DNA from: Planctomycetes bacterium ADurb.Bin069
Lineage (GTDB): Bacteria; Planctomycetota; UBA8108; UBA8890; UBA8898
Assembly (NCBI GenBank): GCA_002070955.1
Contig: MWEK01000007.1
Coordinates: 78,574-142,573, forward strand
Direction: 5' to 3'
DNA: 64,000 nucleotides
The notes under the pieces are model-generated. The model saw only the letters and a program-made list of their open reading frames with translations, was not told the DNA's origin and did not search any database. Of this stretch, positions 45,901 to 58,995 are shown piece after piece. A program made the translations under genes and the position numbers. Positions within the stretch are counted from its first letter, which is position 1. Every line of letters begins with the position of its first letter.

Positions 45901-47262
45901 ATCACGCGCCATGTTGTCGGCGCCGGGGTTGTCGGTGGGAGTGTATGGTTGCGCGAAAGGTCCTAGGATGAGCCACTTGGTGATGAAGCCCGCGGCCGTG
46001 AACCCCGGCGGATCGAAGGGCATCAGTTCGATGTCGCCCCCGATCGCGACATCCTGGGGCAGGGTCGCGGTGGGCTCCGTCATCGTGCCGGCGAACTGCA
46101 CGCGCGTGTTCGCGCCCGCGGGCGGCGTCGCCTTGTACGTGACGCGCTTCCCCCTGGCGATCGACGCGCCCGAAAGGTTCCAGGTGATCGTGTTGCCGGC
46201 GAGCGTCCCGCCGTCGGAGATGTTCGTGATGGCCCAGCCCGCGGGCGCCTTCTCAGTGAACCGCAGCGCCGCCGGCACGCCGCAGGCGCCCGCCGCCGGC
46301 CGGAGCTCGGCGATCTCGATGGCGACATCCGCCGCCGCGCCGGGCGTGTACGCCAGCAACGTGTTCCACTCCAGCCTCGTCGTCTTCCCCGTCGAGACGA
46401 TCCGATTCGCGGCGCCCGGAGGGTCGAGACATAGGCCGGGCGGCAGTTGCGTGAGCTTCAAGCGGTAGACGGAATGCTCGGCGTTCAAGCCGCCCGTCGA
46501 ACCCGTGACGCCGAAGAGACCCGTGAACGGTGCATAGTTTTCAAGGCGGAACATCATGACGCGGTGCATGGGGACGGGCGGCACGTGATCCTCCGAGCCC
46601 ATGTTGACCACGACCACCGCGCCCTGAACGATGACCTCGATGTCGATGGTGTGATCGCCGTACATGCTGAACCCCACCGTGTTCCGGCCGGCGCACGCCG
46701 AGCGGGGCGTCGGGCCGGGCAGGCAGTCGCCCGTGAGCGCGCATTCGGTGCCGGCAAAACCGGTCGGGGAGTACTCCACGCCCACATGGTTGTTGAGGGC
46801 GGGATCGTCGCCGCAGGCCTCGCAGCACGCGCCGTTGCTGTAGATGTCGAATTCGACCACAATTTGGGGCCCCGTCGTCAGGTTCGTGACGCACAGTCCA
46901 CCCCCGCCGAACCCGATCTTGATCGCGTCGGCGAGCGGGTTGTCGCTCTGGAAGAAGGTGATGGCCATCCCGTCCGCCGGGGTGCCCGACGTGGTGCAGC
47001 ACACCTTGACCTTCGCCTCCAGCTTGAAGTTGTCGATGTCAATGAGCTCTCTGAAGAACATGCTCGACCGGTTGTCGTTCACGGCCGGCGTCATGACGAC
47101 GCGCTGGTTGGCCTCATCCCACACCGCCGACCCGTTGAGCTGCCAGTTGTTCCCGATAGGATCCATGGCGAAATCCTCATCGATGAGGACCTGCGCGGCG
47201 GCGGCGCCGGCAAGCACCGCCAGAGCCGACAACGTTAGCGCCAAACTTTGCTTGGTTCGCAC
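42901..47262 (-). CDS. giant secreted protein: lectin (ConA/legume-like) domain, 3x [Ig-like + beta-sandwich] supermodules, C-terminal dockerin
   Basis: GTG 47262 with AAAGGAG 8 nt upstream. Signal peptide RTKQSLALTLSALAVLAGAAAAQ. Lectin-like N-domain at ~46440-47190 (ADGMAITFF, VVEFDIYSN, FGVTGSTGG). Three ~350-aa repeats, a dockerin pair, and a Cys tail ...GLPPCATQCKL. The track start 48018 is an artefactual extension. Confidence 0.85.
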   Translation of the reverse strand: MRTKQSLALTLSALAVLAGAAAAQVLIDEDFAMDPIGNNWQLNGSAVWDEANQRVVMTPAVNDNRSSMFFRELIDIDNFKLEAKVKVCCTTSGTPADGMAITFFQSDNPLADAIKIGFGGGGLCVTNLTTGPQIVVEFDIYSNGACCEACGDDPALNNHVGVEYSPTGFAGTECALTGDCLPGPTPRSACAGRNTVGFSMYGDHTIDIEVIVQGAVVVVNMGSEDHVPPVPMHRVMMFRLENYAPFTGLFGVTGSTGGLNAEHSVYRLKLTQLPPGLCLDPPGAANRIVSTGKTTRLEWNTLLAYTPGAAADVAIEIAELRPAAGACGVPAALRFTEKAPAGWAITNISDGGTLAGNTITWNLSGASIARGKRVTYKATPPAGANTRVQFAGTMTEPTATLPQDVAIGGDIELMPFDPPGFTAAGFITKWLILGPFAQPYTPTDNPGADNMARDFLTDGDVSELTWFPKEGDSIEPDYGGAAASSGLIPTPIRPDVNPGGIPTWFAWNDRDDSINFDDDVFSDNLDDDINNAMAYALVYANNTTGSAIFGNMGVASDDCIQVILNGRSVWNHSIARGSGNPGEVQDRFPAVINPGLNRIMVKTFEGGGAFIFRLRIEDAAGNPITTGIELSTSPPAGGCEIPPVVVTRVIKEAGTLYINGELTPAYLKGSELAVDLNLSRVRAAGECGPAAATTITEYVPAGWTVANITGGGVFAGGRITWNLSPAQLAATTKLSYTTTGPTKANRMELAGGVVEAGNIVSFTIEGQSAFFTDSPYSLTGFITTWAILGPYYPGGDNPGNVNMRMDYLTDGAVSELEVEARPGTEVATDYAPGAAFSQGLRGGTARGVNPNGIPMWVDWRAANEAIDFESPMLYNAQDDCMAYAVCYFHVPANQQIYFACGSDDSIQILLDNREVWINSIARGWGGGAPLDVSLPQIVLTGWHRLMVKAFEGGGGWNFGVRLQNAAGVPFTNFKITTRPPTDCPPCTALRSFDGYGTGMIEGAEEPMYREGDVVDVALKLLAVRQADADCPALRTITIKDVPPAGWTATDVSDGGVFSGGAVTWTLAPAAVAEGKVLSYKARGAATFSGIVFRGSITETGNPNTFPVDGEAELQTNAILRDDGTIVGWLLLGPYMQSFTPPGGIVSAEDLQRDFLTDGISITEEDVMPAAGDTVETDYSAAAASIGLVEVVNPAINPDGVPTWFPWRGRDGHINLQSANLYVGAVTPDVDNVMAYAVAYLCVREHVEVVFAAGSDDALQVLVDGDQVIFSPVLRGWGGYQDLSLPVDLAPGVHRVMAKIFEAGDAWNFGVALRESDGVTPFVHGLTVATDKTACGGEPSTRINVWMGNVNGDANVNIADAVALLQYLFAGGKPPACAKAADANDDNALNIADAVKILGFLFSGQAMTAPDGSGITAANNVCKGYAADGVDGKNVPYFPAQVSGLPPCATQCKL
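43054..43224 (-). other. dockerin-type duplicated Ca-binding module
   Basis: GNVNGDANVNIADAVALLQYLF ... ADANDDNALNIADAVKILGFLF. Same architecture as the C-terminus of the 11432-17206 protein. Confidence 0.7.
43260..46440 (-). repeat. three tandem ~350-aa supermodules (protein-level repeat)
   Basis: Each unit has an Ig-like part (AGACGVPAALRFTEKAPAGWAITNISDGGTLAGNTITWNL / AGECGPAAATTITEYVPAGWTVANITGGGVFAGGRITWNL / DADCPALRTITIKDVPPAGWTATDVSDGGVFSGGAVTWTL). This is followed by a beta-sandwich-like part (W.ILGP...NPG...D.LTDG...NP.GIP.W..W...AMAYA...GSDD.IQ.L......ARG.G...H..M.K.FE.G..WNF...L). Approximate borders: 46440/45350/44300/43260. Confidence 0.75.
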
Positions 47263-47283
47263 GGCGAGCACTCCTTTCTCTGG

Positions 47284-47296
47284 GACAACGGTTGTC
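47284..47296. promoter_or_regulatory. perfect dyad GACAAC-N1-GTTGTC in the leader of the giant lectin gene
   Basis: GACAAC (47284-47289), g, GTTGTC (47291-47296), flanked by GGG/CCC-type bases. It lies about 13 nt upstream of the AAAGGAG Shine-Dalgarno on the minus strand. Operator or leader hairpin candidate. Confidence 0.3.
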
Positions 47297-47354
47297 GCCC
47301 ATTCCACAGCCAACTGCGCGGCAGACGACCGTACGCCCGACTCCAATACACTCG

Positions 47355-47384
47355 ATGATGGGGGGGCGCCGGATCTTCTGTCAA
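47355..47384 (-). promoter_or_regulatory. candidate promoter for the giant lectin gene
   Basis: On the minus strand: perfect TTGACA (47384-47379), 18 nt, CATCAT (47360-47355). The -10 is weak. Confidence 0.3.
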
Positions 47385-47407
47385 GCATGTTCCGGCCGCC
47401 CGGCCGC

Positions 47408-47436
47408 TTGCCCGCCCGCCCCCGAGGGGCTAACAT
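47408..47436 (+). promoter_or_regulatory. candidate promoter for the PAS-AraC regulator
   Basis: TTGCCC (47408-47413), 17 nt, TAACAT (47431-47436). Confidence 0.3.
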
Positions 47437-48172
47437 GATCCTCGCGCGCGCCGGACACGCTCCGAGCCGGGCGCGCGGACGCCCATGACCCCCGCCGATC
47501 TGCAGACCGAATTCCTCGCGCGGTTGGCCGCGCCCTTCACGGGCGAGGCCCTCTTCGACTGCCTTCCCGACGTGGTTTACTTCATCAAGGACGCCCGGGC
47601 CAGGTACGTGGTCGTCAATCAGACCGTCGTCGAGCGCTGCGGCTTCCGCGAGAAACGCGACCTTCTGGGCAAGCGGGCCGACGAGGCCTATCCTCCTCCC
47701 TACGGCCAGCGCTACCGCGCCCAAGACGAGGAGGTGCTGCGCACGGGCGAGCCCATCCTCAACCGCCTCGAGCTCCAGCTCTACCCGACGGGCGGCCCGG
47801 GTTGGTGTGTCACCCACAAGCTGCCGCTCCGCGGACGGCGCGGCGAGGTCGCCGGGCTGGTCGGCGTCTCCAAGGATCTCCATGCGCCCGGCGAGGAGGA
47901 CGCGGACTACCCCCACGTGGCCGAGGCCGTGCGCCGCATTCAGACGGGCTTCGAGGAGCCGCTCAAGGTCCGGGACCTCGCCGCCCTGGCGGGACTGTCG
48001 CGCTACCAGTTCGAGCAACGCATGCGCCGGATCTTCCAGATCACGGCCGGCCAGTTCATCCAGAAGACGCGCATGGACGCCGCGGTGCGCCGGCTCAGGG
48101 AAACCGACATGCCCATCGCCGCCGTGGCGCTCGCCTGCGGCTACTCCGATCAGAGCGCTTTCTCGCGCCAGT

Positions 48173-53494
<5,322 letters not shown>

Positions 53495-53515
53495 GGCCCG
53501 CGCGGATTCCGGACG

Positions 53516-54001
53516 CTAGGGCCGGCCGGAACCCGCGGCATCCTCCTCCAGCTTCTCGACCTCCATGAGGGTGTGAAAGAGGTTTTGAAGATCTTCCTGC
53601 ACCTCGACGATGCGGCGCTCGAGCTTCTCCATGCGCTCGTCGTGCTCCGCCCGGCCTGCTTCCGCCGGCGGCTGGTCGGGCGCCGCGAGCGGGTCGCCGC
53701 CCTTGCCGGCGCGACGCTTCAGCTCGCCGACGTAGCGCTCCAGCTCGGCGATGCCGTTGAAGTTCTCCCGGGCCTTCTTGGGATCGTGATGCCCGAGCAG
53801 GCTCCAAATCCGGCCGTTGATCGAGGTCAGCTTCTCCCTCAGGGCGGTGAGCTGCGACATGACCTTATTCTCCTCGAACATGAAGACCGTGTCGCACAGC
53901 TCGTTGATCAGCACGGCCGGCTCGTACTGGTCGAGCGCCGCCCCCTGGATACCGAGAACCCGCCGAATCTTCGTCTTGAGCTCGCTTGAGAATTCCGTCA
54001 T
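53516..54001 (-). CDS. hypothetical helical/coiled-coil protein (161 aa), immediately upstream of the double UvrA
   Basis: ATG 54001. The stop TAG lies 21 nt before the UvrA GTG. Locally lower GC. Sequence: MTEFSSELKTKIRRVLGIQGAALDQYEPAVLINELCDTVFMFEENKVMSQL... No motif recognised. Confidence 0.6.
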   Translation of the reverse strand: MTEFSSELKTKIRRVLGIQGAALDQYEPAVLINELCDTVFMFEENKVMSQLTALREKLTSINGRIWSLLGHHDPKKARENFNGIAELERYVGELKRRAGKGGDPLAAPDQPPAEAGRAEHDERMEKLERRIVEVQEDLQNLFHTLMEVEKLEEDAAGSGRP

Positions 54002-54185
54002 TGTCTATCAGCTCCATGGGCTTCGCCGTCCCGCCCCGCCGGGTCCGCGGGCGGGGTGGGATGCAGCCGCGACGGCCCTGACGCGCACCACCACCCCGGC
54101 GCCGAAGCGAATATAGTACACCCCATTCAGAGAAAAAAGAATAGCGGATCCCCGGGGAGGCGAAAAAACCCGGCTTTGGGTGGGG

Positions 54186-54386
54186 CTATTCCCCCTTGAT
54201 CCTCCACTGGAGCGCGGACGGATTCTTCAGGATTCCGTCGATTTCGGTTTCCTGGAGCCCGAACTTCCGCAGAAAGCGGCGCTGCTCGAGCGCGGTCTTG
54301 AGCATGAACTCATCAAAGGCGTCGGCGAGCAATCGGGCCCGCTCCTCCTCGTCGCGAGGGTCGCCCTTAATGTATACTGCTGCCAT
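54186..54386 (-). CDS. hypothetical small acidic protein (66 aa)
   Basis: ATG 54386 preceded by GGGAGGA. About 79% G/C at third positions (52 of 66 codons, counted by hand). Sequence: MAAVYIKGDPRDEEERARLLADAFDEFMLKTALEQRRFLRKFGLQETEIDGILKNPSALQWRIKGE. No Cys and no recognised family. Confidence 0.5.
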   Translation of the reverse strand: MAAVYIKGDPRDEEERARLLADAFDEFMLKTALEQRRFLRKFGLQETEIDGILKNPSALQWRIKGE

Positions 54387-55302
54387 GGAGTCCTCCCGCT
54401 CTTTAGATGCTTCGGCAGACAGCGCTTCCGTCCTTAGAGGCGGGGCTTTCATTCGGGCATCCTATCGAGGATTTCAGGAAGCGGTTTTCACCCGCGGGCC
54501 CGGGTTCGCGCTCCTGGAACTCGAACCGACGACGCGCTGCGGCGCCCGCTGCGCCTACTGTCCCCGTGACCGCCTCGCGCGCCCCGGCGGGGAAATGGCC
54601 CTCGAAACCGCCCGGCGCATTGCCGCCGCCGCGGCCTCCTCCCCGCCGCGGGCGGTGCTCCTCAGCGGTTTCGGTGAACCTCTTCTTCACCCCGATCTGC
54701 CCGGAATCGTGCGGGAGCTGCGCGCGCCGCTTGCGGCGCTCATCGGCGTCGTCACCAACGGGGAAGGCCTCTCGGCGGCCCGAGCCGAGGCGCTCATCGA
54801 CGCCGGGATCGATTTCTTCCACGTCAGCGTCCCCGCCGCGACCGCCGCCACCGCGGGCGCCCTTGCGCCGGGCCTCGATTTCGCCGCGGCGGAGCGCAAT
54901 CTCACCGCGCTGCTCGCCCGCGCCGCGGGCCGGATTCCCGTCGCCGTCAATTTCGTCGTGACCGCCGCGAACCGCGCCGAGAAGGCCGCGGTCGAGCGCA
55001 CTTGGCGCGCGCGGGGAGCATGGGCCGTCTACGCCGGCCCCGTTCACAACCGCGGCGGGTTTCTCGCGCCGGAGACGCCGACCGCGGCCGCGGCGCGCGG
55101 CGACTGCTGGGTTTACGAGCACTGCCTCTTCGCCGCCTGGGACGGCCGCGTGCTGGCCTGTTGCCACGATCTGGCCGGCGCGGAGGATTACGGGAACCTC
55201 GCCCGCGACACCCTCGCCGCGGTCCGCGCTCACCGCCAAGCCCGCTTGAGGTATACTTTGGCGGGCATCATGTGCCGTCGGTGCGACTTCTACCTTGCGT
55301 GA
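54385..55302 (+). CDS. radical SAM protein with Cys-rich C-terminal extension
   Basis: ELEPTTRCGARCAYCPRD contains the CxxxCxxC cluster motif. SGFGEPLL is a GGE-like SAM motif. The C-terminus has 6 Cys (CWVYEHC..ACC..CRRC). Start uncertain: ATG 54385 is the only canonical start before the cluster motif, and the third-position G/C bias only becomes strong after ~54487. Confidence 0.7.
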   Translation: MESSRSLDASADSASVLRGGAFIRASYRGFQEAVFTRGPGFALLELEPTTRCGARCAYCPRDRLARPGGEMALETARRIAAAAASSPPRAVLLSGFGEPLLHPDLPGIVRELRAPLAALIGVVTNGEGLSAARAEALIDAGIDFFHVSVPAATAATAGALAPGLDFAAAERNLTALLARAAGRIPVAVNFVVTAANRAEKAAVERTWRARGAWAVYAGPVHNRGGFLAPETPTAAAARGDCWVYEHCLFAAWDGRVLACCHDLAGAEDYGNLARDTLAAVRAHRQARLRYTLAGIMCRRCDFYLA

Positions 55303-55367
55303 CCGGCGCGAGGAACCGGCGCGCCGAAGCAAACGAGCGAAATCCCGCGATCTCTCCGGAACCGCGC

Positions 55368-57521
<2,154 letters not shown>

Positions 57522-57571
57522 AAGCGGCGCCGCCCGCCCCGAGCCGCGCCGGTCCGGTTCCGAGCCCGCCC

Positions 57572-58435
57572 TCAAAACAGGCCCACGAACTCCCGCACCG
57601 GGAACTTGAGATCCTCCCCCTCCCGCCAGATGAGGTGCAGGTACTGGACCGGGAAGAACCTTCTGAGCGACCGCACGGCGAGGTCTTCGGGGCGGTCGCG
57701 CGCCAGGCTCAAGCCGTGGACGATGGCGATGCCGTACCCGAGGCGGACATACCTCACGATCAGATCGGTGTTGCCCATCGCCATGTGAATCTTGAGCTTG
57801 TGGCGTCCGCCGCGGAAGGGCGCATCGATGAGGCGGCGCGTGTCGGCGGCCTTCGAGTAGGAAATGAAGGGATACCTGGAGATATCCTCCAGCGTGATGC
57901 TGCGCCGCGACGCCAGCGGGTGGTCGCGGGGAGTGATGAGAACCATCTCGTAGGGGCGCACGGGCCGCGAGGCGACGCCGGGCCGCTCGGGGTCCACCAG
58001 GATTATCCCGACATCGATGGTGCCGTCGGCGACCGCCGCGATGATCTCGCCCGTGCGCAGGTTCTCGATGGCGATCTCGACGGACGGAAAGCGATGCGTG
58101 AAGAGATCCAGCTTCTCCGGCAGAATGTGCATGGCGGTGGACTGGTTGGAGGCGATGTTCAGGACGGCCGGCGTCGTCTTCTTCAGGCCCTCGAAGACCG
58201 CGTGAATGCGGTCCATGTCGGCGAAGACGCGCTCGGCGTGTTCCAAGAGCAGTTCACCCTCGCGCGTCAGCGCCACAGGCCGCGCCCGCCTGAGAAGCTG
58301 GACGCCGAGTTCGGCCTCCAGGTTCTTGACCTGCTGGCTGATCGTGGGCTGGGTCAGGTGCAGCAGGCGCGCGGCCTGGGTGAACCCGCCGCTCTTGGCG
58401 ACCGTGTAGAATCCGTGCAGGCGATTCAGATCCAT
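57572..58435 (-). CDS. LysR-family transcriptional regulator
   Basis: N-terminal wHTH LNRLHGFYTVAKSGGFTQAARLLHLTQPTISQQVKNLE. LysR substrate-binding C-terminal domain. AGGAGA Shine-Dalgarno 5 nt before the ATG. Confidence 0.9.
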   Translation of the reverse strand: MDLNRLHGFYTVAKSGGFTQAARLLHLTQPTISQQVKNLEAELGVQLLRRARPVALTREGELLLEHAERVFADMDRIHAVFEGLKKTTPAVLNIASNQSTAMHILPEKLDLFTHRFPSVEIAIENLRTGEIIAAVADGTIDVGIILVDPERPGVASRPVRPYEMVLITPRDHPLASRRSITLEDISRYPFISYSKAADTRRLIDAPFRGGRHKLKIHMAMGNTDLIVRYVRLGYGIAIVHGLSLARDRPEDLAVRSLRRFFPVQYLHLIWREGEDLKFPVREFVGLF

Positions 58436-58453
58436 AGACGTCTCCTATTATAG

Positions 58454-58483
58454 CTGATAGAAATTATTCATTTCTACTATAAT
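58454..58483 (+). promoter_or_regulatory. candidate panD promoter
   Basis: CTGATA (58454-58459), 18 nt, perfect TATAAT (58478-58483). Lies in the AT-rich 112-bp lysR-panD divergent region. Confidence 0.4.
58458..58476. promoter_or_regulatory. perfect 7-bp dyad TAGAAAT-N5-ATTTCTA, candidate LysR-type operator
   Basis: TAGAAAT (58458-58464), tattc, ATTTCTA (58470-58476). Contains T-N11-A spacings (T58458/A58470, T58464/A58476). Overlaps the -35/spacer of the panD promoter candidate. A second dyad, ATTATAG (58447-58453) / CTATAAT (58477-58483), flanks it. Confidence 0.45.
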
Positions 58484-58547
58484 CCATGATGGGTTAAGAT
58501 GACAGACTGCCCGCTTCAATCGCATGCGGGCGGAAGGAGACGACGCC

Positions 58548-58961
58548 GTGTGGCGGAAAATGCTGCGCGCCAAGATTCATCGAGCCACGGTCACCGCCGG
58601 CGACATCGCCTACGAAGGCAGCATCACCATCGATGCCGAGCTGCTGCGCCTGGCGGACCTCGTGCCTTACGACGCCGTGGACATCTACAACGTGACCAAC
58701 GGCAGCCGCTTCCAGACCTACGTCATCCCCGGCGCGCCGGGCTCCGGAGTGATCCAAATCAACGGCGCCGCCTGCCGCCTGGCGGGGAAGGGCGACACGA
58801 TCATCATCGCCAACTACGCCTACTTCACCGACGAGGAGGCCCGCGCGCACCGGCCCCGAGTCGTCCTCGTCGACGCGCGGAACCGGGTCAAGCGCACGGA
58901 GCCGCCGGATCCCATCGCGAACGCGGGGGGCGCCCCCGGAGCGCGCGGCGCCGCTTCTTGA
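58548..58961 (+). CDS. panD: aspartate 1-decarboxylase
   Basis: (V)WRKMLRAKIHRATVTAGDIAYEGSITID with the GS self-cleavage site. GTG 58548 preceded by GGAAGGAG. The C-terminus carries a ~25-aa extension. Confidence 0.9.
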   Translation: MWRKMLRAKIHRATVTAGDIAYEGSITIDAELLRLADLVPYDAVDIYNVTNGSRFQTYVIPGAPGSGVIQINGAACRLAGKGDTIIIANYAYFTDEEARAHRPRVVLVDARNRVKRTEPPDPIANAGGAPGARGAAS

Positions 58962-58986
58962 CAACGCCCCCCGCCCAATCTAAAGT
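58958..58986 (+). promoter_or_regulatory. sigma70-like promoter giving a near-leaderless NPCBM-protein mRNA
   Basis: Perfect TTGACA (58958-58963, overlapping the panD TGA stop), 17 nt, TAAAGT (58981-58986). ATG 58996 is only 9 nt past the -10, with no Shine-Dalgarno. Confidence 0.45.
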
Positions 58987-58995
58987 CATCCTGCC

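Noticed and set aside
42739-45966. 1075-aa plus-strand ORF
   Set aside because: It is antisense shadow of the giant lectin/dockerin gene. It has no motifs, and the minus strand has a coherent repeated domain architecture and a signal peptide.
47263-48018. 252-codon upstream extension of the giant lectin ORF (track start 48018)
   Set aside because: The extension is antisense to the PAS-AraC gene and has an Arg/Gly/Glu-rich sequence. A GTG at 47262 with an AAAGGAG Shine-Dalgarno, followed directly by a signal peptide, is a far better start.
54196-54384. N-terminal 63 codons of the radical-SAM ORF as given in the track
   Set aside because: This stretch is antisense to the better-supported 66-aa ORF. 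It has a Ser/Arg-rich sequence, poor third-position bias and no ribosome-binding site.
55002-55367. Long N-terminal extensions of track ORFs (glgX from 55002; also proB from 63642, hypE from 26436, gap from 29749, truD from 33930, TrmH from 23274)
   Set aside because: The extensions are Arg/Pro/Gly-rich, overlap neighbouring real genes, and precede internal ATG/GTG codons that have Shine-Dalgarno boxes and canonical family N-termini.
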